Part shown: piece after piece, positions 47,153-56,531 of the stretch | Layout of the letters: every line of letters starts with the position of its first letter | How positions within the stretch are numbered: position 1 is the stretch's first letter | Assembly (NCBI GenBank): GCA_964498245.1 | Contig: CAZCGK010000009.1 | Span: 1,607-65,606, forward strand | Direction: 5' to 3' | DNA: 64,000 nucleotides | From: an uncultured archaeon | Lineage (GTDB): Archaea > Aenigmatarchaeota > Aenigmatarchaeia > QMZP01 | Notes under the pieces: generated by a model | What the model was told of the DNA's origin: nothing | Databases searched by the model: none | Seen by the model: the letters and a program-made list of their open reading frames with translations, nothing else | Position numbers and translations under genes: made by a program

Positions 47153-47781
47153 TCAGAATCGTGTCGCAACGGAACGAAAGCAACATCCATAAGTTCTCGA
47201 ACTTCGAGCTTTCCCTTCCTTTTCCTCCCTATCACAAGTTTTTGGAAAAAACCCTGCCCTAAAGGCAGAACGATTATGCCATAATTTTTAAGCTGTTCCT
47301 TCCATGCAGGGTAAATCTTATCAGCAGCACATGTTACCAATATTTTATCAAACGGTGCTTTTTCAGGCAAACCCCTGCTTCCGTCACCTCTTATTACCTC
47401 AACATTTTTACACCCGAATCTTTTAAGATTCTCTTTCGCAAACTTCACGAGTTCCTCCTCCACTTCGATTGTATACACTTTTTTAACGAGCAGGGAAAGA
47501 ACGGCAGCCTGATAACCCGAACCGGCACCGATTTCCAGAACCACATCGGTTTTTCTCGGTTCAATAAGTTCTGTCATTAACGCAACCATATGCGGAGCAG
47601 AAATGGTCTGACCCCTCCTTATCGGAAGGGGTTCATCGACATAAGCATATTCTCTGTATTCCTCAGGCACAAACCACTCTCGTGGAACCTTCCAGAAAGC
47701 ATTAATTATGCTTTTTGTTTTAAGGTAACCCTCCTTTGTAAGCAAGTCTATAAGGTTTTTCTTTTTATTCAAAAGATCCAT
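47149..47781 (-). CDS. pcm: protein-L-isoaspartate O-methyltransferase
   Basis: 'VLEIGAGSGYQAAVLS' (SAM motif) and 'VPREWFVPE' are present. Confidence 0.85.
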   Translation of the reverse strand: MDLLNKKKNLIDLLTKEGYLKTKSIINAFWKVPREWFVPEEYREYAYVDEPLPIRRGQTISAPHMVALMTELIEPRKTDVVLEIGAGSGYQAAVLSLLVKKVYTIEVEEELVKFAKENLKRFGCKNVEVIRGDGSRGLPEKAPFDKILVTCAADKIYPAWKEQLKNYGIIVLPLGQGFFQKLVIGRKRKGKLEVRELMDVAFVPLRHDSD

Positions 47782-47831
47782 ATTAATAATCAGTTATCTT
47801 TGTGCTTTAAAATTAAAGCAATGTGATGTGA

Positions 47832-48506
47832 ATGAAATTTTACGATTACTTTACCCGAATAGAACGGATAAATGAAGGAATAAAAATGGCAAAAGAATTG
47901 GGCTGGAACGGAATTGTGGTTTCCATCCCCTATACCAGTGAAAACCTTGAAAAACTGAAAGCAGAAAAAACAGATTTTGATTTGATAATTGCTGCAGAAA
48001 TCGATATAGCAGGCCTGAAGAATCCGAAAAAAACCCTCAGAAAACTCCGCAGAAAATTCGAAATTCTCATAGGCAGAGGCGGAACAGCTGAAGTGAACAG
48101 AAAAATTGTAGAAATGCCGGAATTTGATATACTGGTAAACCATGTTATTGACAAGGAAAAATGCGGGATAAATCATGTTCTTGCTAGGCTGGCAAGAAAA
48201 AACAATGTTGCGATATGTTTCGATTTTCACAGCGTGCTGACTTCTTACGGAAAAACCCGTGCCAAACTGTTTTCAGCGCTTGTTGAGACAGCAAAAATTG
48301 TAAAAAAGTACAACAGTCCCTTTGTTATCTCTTCCGGAGCTATAAGCGAATGGGATCTGCGCTCTCCTCACGATCTGGGTGTCTTCGGAAAGGTTCTGGG
48401 TCTTCCGGAAGATAAGATAAAGCATTGGCTTTCTGAGAAATTGATAGAGGAAAACAGAAAAAGACTGACAGAAAAATGGATTATGCCAGGAGTGGAAATA
48501 GAATAA
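47832..48506 (+). CDS. rnp3: RNase P protein component 3 (Rpp30)
   Basis: 'GINHVLARLARKNNVAICFDF...FVISSGAISEWDLRSPHDLGVFGKVLGL' aligns with Pyrococcus Rpp30 ('[21 protein letters not shown]...RYPRDLISLGVVIGM'). Confidence 0.7.
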   Translation: MKFYDYFTRIERINEGIKMAKELGWNGIVVSIPYTSENLEKLKAEKTDFDLIIAAEIDIAGLKNPKKTLRKLRRKFEILIGRGGTAEVNRKIVEMPEFDILVNHVIDKEKCGINHVLARLARKNNVAICFDFHSVLTSYGKTRAKLFSALVETAKIVKKYNSPFVISSGAISEWDLRSPHDLGVFGKVLGLPEDKIKHWLSEKLIEENRKRLTEKWIMPGVEIE

Positions 48507-48546
48507 TTTTTAAATCAAAAATCCAAATTTTTCACCGAGGGAAAAA

Positions 48547-48888
48547 ATGTACGAATACCTTTTTCCTCTGAGTTTTACCTTCCTGCTGCTATCCCTGATT
48601 TTCAGCAGTATAAGAATATTTGCGAAAAGCGACAAGGATAAATACGATACATGGCATGAGATGTTGCACGCTCCTATGCTTGTCAGCCTGCTGATAGGTG
48701 TTGTTTATTACTGGATATCCCCTCTCACAGCTTTTGGAGAAAAGCTTACAGTTCTGGCCGTTTTTGTTCTGGCCGTTCTTGCAGGACCTGTATCCGGTAT
48801 GTATATGAGAACTCAGATACAGAGATACGTGCATTATCTTCTGGAAATAACAACACTTTTAGCCCTTCTGTGGATTATCTTTTCTTGA
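48547..48888 (+). CDS. membrane protein, hypothetical
   Basis: 113 aa with three or four transmembrane helices. Confidence 0.35.
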   Translation: MYEYLFPLSFTFLLLSLIFSSIRIFAKSDKDKYDTWHEMLHAPMLVSLLIGVVYYWISPLTAFGEKLTVLAVFVLAVLAGPVSGMYMRTQIQRYVHYLLEITTLLALLWIIFS

Positions 48889-49171
48889 TTTTCTTAATAT
48901 CTTCAAGCTCCCTCAAAATTCTTTTCTGATTGATGTACATTTCCATTATTATGGGATTTTTTTCAGAGATTCTCCTCATTTCTTCTGGATATATCCATTT
49001 AAAATCTATTATCGCAAGAATCGCACCTGCAATTCCCACAGCAAGAAGTGTGGTTATCAGATTGAACTCCGTACCTACTATAAAGAGATAACCTATCATC
49101 GCGAACTGAATTATGCTTATATAATACCTTGCCCTGTCAAACATTATTTTAAAGTTGATAACCTTTCTCAT
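48875..49171 (-). CDS. membrane protein, hypothetical
   Basis: 98 aa with two transmembrane helices. Confidence 0.35.
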   Translation of the reverse strand: MRKVINFKIMFDRARYYISIIQFAMIGYLFIVGTEFNLITTLLAVGIAGAILAIIDFKWIYPEEMRRISEKNPIIMEMYINQKRILRELEDIKKIKKR

Positions 49172-49248
49172 ATTATTAAGTTTTTAGTAAAAGGTTCAAA
49201 ATAAAGTTTTCCTTTTTTATTCTTCATATTAAACATAGATGTGAGAAC

Positions 49249-50289
49249 ATGCATTTTCAGCCCGTGTGGTTCGATTCCTTCGGTGCGAAGAGTTCCTGTG
49301 TAAAAATAGAGACCCCGGATGTTTCCATTGTGATAGATCCAGGTGCGGCCATCATGCAGCCCAGCTTCCCTGCAAGCCTCGTGCAAAAACTCCTGTGGCT
49401 CGAGCAAGGAAAAAGGGCTGTAAAAAACGCATGTAAAAATACAGATATCATCGTGATCTCACATTATCATTACGATCATTATTTCCCGGAAGATATCGAT
49501 ATTTACAGAAACAAGCTTTTGCTTGCCAAAAACCCCAATGAATATATAAACGATTCTCAAAGGGCGAGGGCAGAGGCTTTCTATTCCAAGCTTTTTCACG
49601 AATTCGGCGGAATCGGGCTTGAAGAGGTTGTGAAAAAACCCAAATCCAGAAGCTTTCCGCATCCTTTGGAGGGATTGCCTCTGGTGAAGGAGAGATATTT
49701 TTTTGGGGATAAGAGAAAGAGGGAGATTCTAAGCTCTGGCCTGAAGTGGTATGATGCTCGGTGTAGAAATTGGTGCAGGGTAGAAAGGATACCTGAGATG
49801 GAATTTGAAAGTGTGAGAATAAGATTTCCCGAGGGTAAAACCTTTAGATTCGGTAAAACCATTCTGAGATTTACAAAGCCTATGTTCCACGGTATTGAGT
49901 TTTCAAGGGTAGGGTGGGTTTTTGCCAGTGTTATCGAATTTGGAGATGAGAAACTCATTCACACAAGTGACCTCTGCGGTCCGGTTATAGAGGATTATGC
50001 TGAATGGATCATAAAGGAAAACCCCAATGTACTTGTTCTTGATGGACCGATGACATACATGCTTGGATATCTGCTGAGCAAAGAGAATCTCCAAAGAAGT
50101 GTGAACAATCTGATAAAAATTCTCAAAGAAACAGAAACCCGTACAATAATCTACGATCATCACCTTCTCAGGGAAAAAAGGTTTAAAGAAAACACAATCA
50201 ATGCATGGAAAACCGCAAAGGAGTTGGGAAAAAACCTTCTCACCGCCGCAGAATATGTAGGCAAAAAGCCAAAGGTTTTGGAAGTTTGA
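49249..50289 (+). CDS. MBL-fold-like conserved archaeal hypothetical protein
   Basis: 'ISHYHYDHY' (HxHxDH-like). 346 aa. This is the last gene with host-like composition before the low-GC element. Confidence 0.5.
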   Translation: MHFQPVWFDSFGAKSSCVKIETPDVSIVIDPGAAIMQPSFPASLVQKLLWLEQGKRAVKNACKNTDIIVISHYHYDHYFPEDIDIYRNKLLLAKNPNEYINDSQRARAEAFYSKLFHEFGGIGLEEVVKKPKSRSFPHPLEGLPLVKERYFFGDKRKREILSSGLKWYDARCRNWCRVERIPEMEFESVRIRFPEGKTFRFGKTILRFTKPMFHGIEFSRVGWVFASVIEFGDEKLIHTSDLCGPVIEDYAEWIIKENPNVLVLDGPMTYMLGYLLSKENLQRSVNNLIKILKETETRTIIYDHHLLREKRFKENTINAWKTAKELGKNLLTAAEYVGKKPKVLEV

Positions 50290-50564
50290 GCAAAGAATTT
50301 AAAGAAAGCCCCCGGTGGGACTTGAACTAAAGTTCGGATCTCCTCTTTCAGCCTTTAAAAAATTATTCATAAATTATCACTTTCTTATCTTCTAATTCAA
50401 TATTAACTATATCCCCCTTTTTGATTTTGAGTTGTTTAATGATTTCTTCAGGAATACAAACATATAAGGAGTTTCCAGATTTCATCACTTTTCTTTTAAA
50501 AATTACACCCATATTAAATCTATACTGTGTATATGTTTATAAAACTTTCGGTCTATTTTATAAT

Positions 50565-51383
50565 ATGAATTACAACCAAAAAGTAAAGAAAGAATTCATA
50601 AAATATTTATACAGGAGAAATTTGTCAGAGGGGAGAATAAGGAAATATATGCTGGTTTTTGATGAGATTGAAAAGCTTAAAATAAACCTAAAAAGACTCA
50701 CCAAGAACGATATAGACAAATACTTTTTCTATTTGATGAAAAGTAAATATAAGGAATGGACGATAGTAACTAAATGGAAATGCTTTAAAAGAATTTGCAA
50801 ATTTGTCAAGAACATAGATCTAAGCGAATGGTATATAAAAACTCCAAACATAGAACCGGAGATACTTTCTCTTGATGAAATAAAAGCTATTATTGAAAAT
50901 CTTAGGAATTTCAGAGATAGATTAATCGTGATGTTGTTATATGAGAGTGGTATGCGCATAAGTGAATTGCTGAATTTAAAGAAAGGGGATGTTATATTCG
51001 ATTTCTACGGAGCATTGTTAAGAGTTCATGGAAAAACAGGTGTTAGATATATAAGAGTTGTAAAAATTGCTGAATTGCTTAGAATTTATATTAATTTATC
51101 TGCATCAGAAAGATTGTTTGAAATTACTGAACGTGCAGTTTTAAAAAATATAAAAAAGGCATGTGAAAAGGCTGGAATTAAAAAGCGTGTATATCCACAC
51201 TTATTCCGTCATACGAGAGCAACACATCTTGCGAAATATCTTACTGAGTCGGAACTAAAGGCTTATTTTGGTTGGTCGAAATATTCGAATATGCCTGCTA
51301 TATATGTACACTTATCAAGTAGGGACGTTGATGAAAAGATCATTAAAACAAGTCAGATTCATGATCTACAGTTAAAAATATAA
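50565..51383 (+). CDS. int: tyrosine recombinase/integrase
   Basis: Box I 'ESGMRISELLNLKKGDV' and box II 'HLFRHTRATHL...YVHLSSRDV' (catalytic Tyr) are present. Start trimmed to the ATG at 50565, downstream of an AT-rich promoter ('tttataaaac'). Confidence 0.8.
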   Translation: MNYNQKVKKEFIKYLYRRNLSEGRIRKYMLVFDEIEKLKINLKRLTKNDIDKYFFYLMKSKYKEWTIVTKWKCFKRICKFVKNIDLSEWYIKTPNIEPEILSLDEIKAIIENLRNFRDRLIVMLLYESGMRISELLNLKKGDVIFDFYGALLRVHGKTGVRYIRVVKIAELLRIYINLSASERLFEITERAVLKNIKKACEKAGIKKRVYPHLFRHTRATHLAKYLTESELKAYFGWSKYSNMPAIYVHLSSRDVDEKIIKTSQIHDLQLKI

Positions 51384-51433
51384 AAATATAAAAGTAATAA
51401 AATAATACTTAAGGTGGCCTGAGTGGTGGGAAT

Positions 51434-51574
51434 TTGACTAAAAAATCAATACACGTTTCTCGTGAGACTTGGAAATCACTCATGAAAATCAAGTTGGAAA
51501 CGAATGCAAGTTCTTTAGATGATGTTATTCGTTTTCTAATCGAGAAGGGTGGTAAGAAATGGTTAAAGAAATGA
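51434..51574 (+). CDS. ribbon-helix-helix (CopG/Arc-like) DNA-binding protein with a TTG start
   Basis: (M)TKKSIHVSRETWKSLMKIKLETNASSLDDVIRFLIEKGGKKWLKK shows a beta-strand and two-helix RHH pattern. 46 aa, so absent from the ORF track. Confidence 0.4.
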   Translation: MTKKSIHVSRETWKSLMKIKLETNASSLDDVIRFLIEKGGKKWLKK

Positions 51575-51726
51575 ATTTAACTGATAAAATTTCGCTTGTT
51601 GTAATATATGTTATGATTGTGCTCGCATTTTTATTCGGTGAACCGTATGGTGTGAGACAGTCTTATGTGATTACAATAGCTATAATCGTGACTATGAGTA
51701 TTATTTGGTATCTCACCAAAAAATAG
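51559..51726 (+). CDS. small membrane protein (55 aa), overlapping the RHH gene
   Basis: MVKEMNLTDKISLVVIYVMIVLAFLFGEPYGVRQSYVITIAIIVTMSIIWYLTKK has two hydrophobic helices. Confidence 0.3.
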   Translation: MVKEMNLTDKISLVVIYVMIVLAFLFGEPYGVRQSYVITIAIIVTMSIIWYLTKK

Positions 51727-52126
51727 TGATCAGGTAGGCTCCGAGAAGCAGAATGTATCCGGGAGTTTCCTCTCTTTCTTTTTTGATCAATTTTTTTGTT
51801 ATAAAAGATAGTATGAAAAGTCCTGTGAAAGCTATTAGAAACTTTATTATTTTGAAATGTTCTATCGCTCCGAAGCCGAGCAGGATCCAGACAAGAGCTT
51901 GTAAATCACCGGTGGCCATGAATTTTTTTGTTAAGAGTATTACAATAATAGTGAGAAAAATCAGTATGAAAACTAAAATTATATTTATTTTAAAGTACCC
52001 TAAAAGCATCATTGTTGCTCCAAACATGAAATAGTTGTATCGTTCATCTATTTCTCTCGTTCTGATGTCTCTGAAAGTGTTGTAAATGAGCATGAGTATA
52101 GAGAGAAAGTAATATATTGTGATCAT
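51713..52126 (-). CDS. element membrane protein
   Basis: 137 aa with four transmembrane helices. Confidence 0.4.
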   Translation of the reverse strand: MITIYYFLSILMLIYNTFRDIRTREIDERYNYFMFGATMMLLGYFKINIILVFILIFLTIIVILLTKKFMATGDLQALVWILLGFGAIEHFKIIKFLIAFTGLFILSFITKKLIKKEREETPGYILLLGAYLITIFW

Positions 52127-52569
52127 TCTGTCAACCCTTTCAAAATCTCTCTTGATTTAACTATAAGCTCGCTCATTATTGCTTCTACAAAGATTTCGTT
52201 AATCTTGATAACAAAATTTTCAACATCTTCAACAAGCGGAACAAAAGAATCTGATTTGTCTTTTGGAATTATTTTTTCATAGTATTTCTTTATCTCTTTC
52301 TTATAAGTTTTGAATTCTTTTATTTGTTTTGTAAGTGCGTTGAATCGTACATAAACTTTAAATATGATTGATCTAAGTTGATTTATTGTTTCCATCAAAC
52401 TTTTCTTCTCCGAATCTTCTATATCATATTTTTGCAAACTTTCTTCTGTGTATTTGTTTTTGAGATGAACATAAAGATTTATGTAAGATGAAGCGTAAGC
52501 TATGAGAAACTCTATATCTGAAAGGAATGTAAGCAAGTAACTTGCTCCTGCGACTTTTTCTTCTTGCAT
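52123..52569 (-). CDS. element hypothetical protein
   Basis: 148 aa, helical and charged. Overlaps its neighbours by 4 nt in the translationally coupled array. Confidence 0.4.
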   Translation of the reverse strand: MQEEKVAGASYLLTFLSDIEFLIAYASSYINLYVHLKNKYTEESLQKYDIEDSEKKSLMETINQLRSIIFKVYVRFNALTKQIKEFKTYKKEIKKYYEKIIPKDKSDSFVPLVEDVENFVIKINEIFVEAIMSELIVKSREILKGLTE

Positions 52570-52572
52570 ACT

Positions 52573-53394
52573 TCACCTCGTCTGCACAGCTGTTTTAACA
52601 GTTTCTTGCGTTGCCGAAATTGCAGGTCTAAGTGTTTCTGATATGATTGGTAAAAATGTCATAGCGAGTAATACGAAAACAACTATTAATACAAGCCAGA
52701 ACCACCACGAGGATAAGAATCCAAATGGTTTTTTCGGTTTTGTCATTTCTACGACATGTCGTGCGAAGTCTCTCATTATGCTTGTGAGTTCTTCTGTTTT
52801 CTTTTTCAAATATAAAACAAGATGTTTTATCATAGCATCTTCTTCAAGTTTAGCGAGAGCATCTTTAGTTAAGAATGCATCCATGCTTTTATTATAGATC
52901 AGAACCGGAAAATGTTCGAAAGCGAATGTTATTTTATTAGTATCTTCTTTTTTGTATCTAAGTATGTAATAATCATAATCTTCACTGAATTTTTCTTTAA
53001 GTTTTTCTTTGGCTTCTTCTTTACTGAGTTTTGTTATTGTCGCTTCTTTTGGTTTTTTCATATAAAAAACACTTTTTCTGTCAAATAGTGATGTCGTTTT
53101 GTATTTATCTGAATCAATAAAGGGTAGTCTTACTTTTGCTATGAATGGTTCAATGAGGCCAGAACTATCGAATGTGAATGCGAGAAGTCCTTCTCCTTCG
53201 AGAAACTGTAGTACCGGATGTCTCACTATCATATTAAATAAAAATATTGAAAGAACCATTGTGATTAACCATGCAACTATAGCGAATATCAGACCGTATC
53301 CGAACAGAATAAACATAAAAAACATAAGCGTAGGCATAAATCCAACTAAGAACAGTGCAGCCCATTTCTTTATTTTAAACATATTAAGTTTCAT
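52573..53394 (-). CDS. element membrane protein
   Basis: 273 aa with an N-terminal two-helix transmembrane region and a C-terminal transmembrane segment. Confidence 0.45.
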   Translation of the reverse strand: MKLNMFKIKKWAALFLVGFMPTLMFFMFILFGYGLIFAIVAWLITMVLSIFLFNMIVRHPVLQFLEGEGLLAFTFDSSGLIEPFIAKVRLPFIDSDKYKTTSLFDRKSVFYMKKPKEATITKLSKEEAKEKLKEKFSEDYDYYILRYKKEDTNKITFAFEHFPVLIYNKSMDAFLTKDALAKLEEDAMIKHLVLYLKKKTEELTSIMRDFARHVVEMTKPKKPFGFLSSWWFWLVLIVVFVLLAMTFLPIISETLRPAISATQETVKTAVQTR

Positions 53395-53395
53395 G

Positions 53396-53941
53396 CTATC
53401 TCCTCAAGCTAATAAATGTTTTTTGTTCGGGCGGTTTCTCCAGAGAGGGAACGAGGGTATATGGATAGTCGTATTGATATTCGAATCTTGATTTTGAAAG
53501 ACTATCAAAAGCAAATGCTTCAAGGCCAAGCGTGCTGCGTGAAAGAAATAGAAAGACGTCAACACTAAACTTCACGTCGTGCAACATCATCTTTTTGATC
53601 TGGTCGAGTATTTCTTTTATCTCTTGTTTGTATTTTTTGAAATTGAATTTTTCGAGTTGTTGTTCATAATCATAGAGAAACTCTGCTAATTTTGTGAGAT
53701 CACGAACCCATGTGAAGTATTTTCCAAGCAAATAGCGATCATACTCTTGCAAATTTGTGAGCTTGAGTTCAATATTTGTGAGCATATAAAGAAGTTCTAA
53801 GAGTTCTTCACGTGTGAGATCATCTTTTTTGATAAGTTCTCGGAGCCTTTCGGCTTCTCTCCTACCGAGAAGCTTGTCTATAAAAGTCTTCTCTGTTTGT
53901 TGAGCATGTAACTTTTGTGATAGAAGTTTCTCAAATTGCAT
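53396..53941 (-). CDS. element hypothetical protein
   Basis: 181 aa, helical. Confidence 0.4.
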   Translation of the reverse strand: MQFEKLLSQKLHAQQTEKTFIDKLLGRREAERLRELIKKDDLTREELLELLYMLTNIELKLTNLQEYDRYLLGKYFTWVRDLTKLAEFLYDYEQQLEKFNFKKYKQEIKEILDQIKKMMLHDVKFSVDVFLFLSRSTLGLEAFAFDSLSKSRFEYQYDYPYTLVPSLEKPPEQKTFISLRR

Positions 53942-54176
53942 ATTTGTTCCTCAGATAATTTATTTCTTGATTCGTCCTGTAGAGATAGTATGCACCCACT
54001 ATAAGTGCAACTGTAACAATATAAAAACCAAATTGCAAGAACTCTGTTGCATAAGATAAGAATGAGAAAACAATTATCATAATTGCAAGCAGTCTGATTG
54101 TATAGAGTTTTTTAAGCACCTCTGCTGCTGCTACAGTCTTTGTAATCATTTCATTCTGTTTTTTCATAGAGATCAC
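53931..54176 (-). CDS. element small membrane protein
   Basis: 81 aa with two transmembrane helices. Confidence 0.35.
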   Translation of the reverse strand: MISMKKQNEMITKTVAAAEVLKKLYTIRLLAIMIIVFSFLSYATEFLQFGFYIVTVALIVGAYYLYRTNQEINYLRNKYAI

Positions 54177-54333
54177 ATAAATAGTTTAAAACTTCATCGA
54201 GGGAACGTGCTTTTATTTTTAATTTGATTTTCATAAGACGTTCCCATGTGGTCTCTCTAACATTAAGTGTTTTTTTCATACTTTTATATTTTAGTAAAAA
54301 AGTATTTAAATATTTTTATAGAAATATAAAAAT

Positions 54334-54729
54334 ATGAAGATATTTGGAAAAAGGTTCTTTGAATTCGTTTTCAGTAAATTAGGTAGTAATCTCAATAAAA
54401 AAATTGATATATGTTTTGATATCGAAGTTTATGGTGATTCTTTCAAAGTAGAATTGTTTTATGAATTGCCAAAGACATGGTATTTACAAGCACTTAGATA
54501 TACCCTCAAGAAAGATGTTAATTTACCGGACACATTTAGAACTGATAAAAGAGCATTTTCTTTTGCAACACCAAGGTTGAAAAGCACATTAAAAAAGATT
54601 GAAAAGGATGTACAAAGAGATCTAAAAGCATTCAGAATTGTGACATACAAAATTAAAGATATGTTGTTTGTTGTTAAAGATAATGTTGTTGAAACAAAAA
54701 TAATTGTTGAGGGATTATGCGTGAGTTGA
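54334..54729 (+). CDS. element hypothetical protein
   Basis: 131-aa ORF on the opposite strand to the main array. Confidence 0.35.
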   Translation: MKIFGKRFFEFVFSKLGSNLNKKIDICFDIEVYGDSFKVELFYELPKTWYLQALRYTLKKDVNLPDTFRTDKRAFSFATPRLKSTLKKIEKDVQRDLKAFRIVTYKIKDMLFVVKDNVVETKIIVEGLCVS

Positions 54730-54959
54730 TATTTTATGTTTCTGTTGTAAACCAGAATGAAAAACCTGTTCTCTATATTCGCAAAGTTACATCTGATCGT
54801 AATTTTATGATTGATTTGATAAATACTCTTGTTAAGAATGAAGAATATGTGTTTCGAGGAAGATTGAAATTTAGAAATAGACTTTCAGCTATTGTAACAC
54901 TTAAAAAAATGCTCGGTTTTTTGTGAGTTATCCGTAATTTGTCACTGAAGATCTTGGAA

Positions 54960-55056
54960 GTATGGATAACTAAAAATAAAAAATAAAGAAAAAACTAAGA
55001 AAATGCTATGTTGGGTGCTGTTGTTTCTGTGCTGCTAAGTGCTTTACAGAGCACTT
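54960..55056 (-). terminator. hairpin plus oligo-T terminator after the capsid-like gene
   Basis: On the minus strand, the hairpin 'aagtgctctgtaaagcactt' is followed by 'ttttttctttattttttattttt'. Confidence 0.45.
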
Positions 55057-55388
55057 CCGTAGTAGCCGTAGCTTGTTGATCTTCCAAGTCCCATGATAAG
55101 CCCAAGAACCACGAAGATTATCACTGCCAAAACAACAATCGGTAGATAGTTACCTGTGGTCTTCAGGGCTTTGAACCCAGAAGTTATGCTGTCCTTGACA
55201 TATGTCTGTATTGTTGTATCGTTTATTGCATTTATGTCTGTCTCGACCTGACTGTATACCTGTCCACCGAGTGTGCCGACGAAAATCAAAACGAGTGTCG
55301 CCACACCGACGCCCATGATCAAAAGTATTACTGCACCGGTTTGCTCCTGAACTGCTCCTCTCTTTTTATAAACAAGTTTTGTGTTCAT
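55044..55388 (-). CDS. small two-helix hydrophobic protein; candidate major capsid protein of a spindle-shaped virus
   Basis: The 114-aa protein has two hydrophobic segments (VILLIMGVGVATLVLIFVGTL; LPIVVLAVIIFVVLGLIMGL). It is followed by a strong hairpin plus oligo-T terminator. Confidence 0.4.
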   Translation of the reverse strand: MNTKLVYKKRGAVQEQTGAVILLIMGVGVATLVLIFVGTLGGQVYSQVETDINAINDTTIQTYVKDSITSGFKALKTTGNYLPIVVLAVIIFVVLGLIMGLGRSTSYGYYGSAL

Positions 55389-55436
55389 GTTAAAGAAATA
55401 GAATTGCTTTTTTATAAAAATAGTAGAAATGCCATT

Positions 55437-55766
55437 TTATATTTTTACTTTTTTATATTTTTTGAATGGATGTTTTGAGAGATGTAGCATGATTTCTATT
55501 ATTGTGAATATCACAACAAGAGAGAATAAGAATGTGTTTATGTTATGCAGAAATGCAAACATTCTGATTATATTTTTCGCTGAATCTAAAGAGAATGATA
55601 GAGTTGCGAGCGTTATGAGAAACGAGAAGAATGAGAGAATCAAAGTTATGAAAGATGCTTTTATGTCAAATGTTTTCACGAAGCTCATTAGATTGTAGAG
55701 CTTAGATAGAAATATACATAAATTGATTGTGAAAAACATCAGTCCGAGTAATTCTATTATATTCAC
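55437..55766 (-). CDS. element membrane protein
   Basis: 109 aa with three transmembrane helices. Confidence 0.35.
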   Translation of the reverse strand: MNIIELLGLMFFTINLCIFLSKLYNLMSFVKTFDIKASFITLILSFFSFLITLATLSFSLDSAKNIIRMFAFLHNINTFLFSLVVIFTIIEIMLHLSKHPFKKYKKVKI

Positions 55767-56044
55767 ACTATCACCGACTGTGTTTTCTTGTAGCTTATGA
55801 GTAACGATATAGTTAGTATGACGAATGATGCAAGTATCATTATAATGTGATACATCGTGTTGAATCCAAGAGCATAAAATATCATAAATTCGATTGACGT
55901 CATGAAGAATAGCAAAAGTAAACCTAATCTAAATTCTTTTGCCATGAAAATTATACTTGAGAGAACTGTAACTATAAGTATGAACACTTCATTTGTTACT
56001 CCGAGATTACTCGTCAATTCTGTGAGTATTTCGAACATACTCAT
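55763..56044 (-). CDS. element membrane protein
   Basis: 93 aa with three transmembrane helices. Overlaps its neighbour by 4 nt. Confidence 0.35.
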   Translation of the reverse strand: MSMFEILTELTSNLGVTNEVFILIVTVLSSIIFMAKEFRLGLLLLFFMTSIEFMIFYALGFNTMYHIIMILASFVILTISLLISYKKTQSVIV

Positions 56045-56493
56045 ACTATCGAACCTCTACTTCTTATATTCAGTATGAAAGCCAACAAATTCATGAAGTA
56101 AAGTATTGATATAGCACTAAACACGAATAACTTGAGCTGTGCTGATAAAAAAGCATCAAGATTGAAAAACATCAAAAAGAAATTTGTGAGTATACTAAAC
56201 ATGCTCGGAATTGCGAAGAAGAAGTTAAGCATGAGATCTATAATGATATTACCGGAATAGAATACCAAGGCACCCAAATCAATAAGTGGAATGTTCATCT
56301 GTTGTTGTGTTGTTGATTCTATCTGAGATGTTATATCTGTTATATCTGTTGTAATATTCTGCATCTCTGTGAAGTAGATGTTGTTTACATTGTAAAGAGA
56401 GAAAGCATGAGTTAGCGTTGTAACTCCGAAACTGTAGAATAATTGAATTATTATGATCCATACGAAATATTTGTATGCTGACATTTTCACCAC
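56041..56493 (-). CDS. element membrane protein
   Basis: 150 aa with multiple transmembrane helices. Confidence 0.35.
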   Translation of the reverse strand: MVKMSAYKYFVWIIIIQLFYSFGVTTLTHAFSLYNVNNIYFTEMQNITTDITDITSQIESTTQQQMNIPLIDLGALVFYSGNIIIDLMLNFFFAIPSMFSILTNFFLMFFNLDAFLSAQLKLFVFSAISILYFMNLLAFILNIRSRGSIV

Positions 56494-56531
56494 TACTATT
56501 TTATATTTTTACTATTTTATATTTTAACATT

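Noticed and set aside
50306-50345. Possible tRNA 3'-half (T-arm-like 'gggacttgaac') at the provirus left junction.
   Set aside because: Neither strand folds into a T-stem/T-loop plus 7-bp acceptor with a discriminator. The resemblance is superficial. Kept only as a candidate att core.
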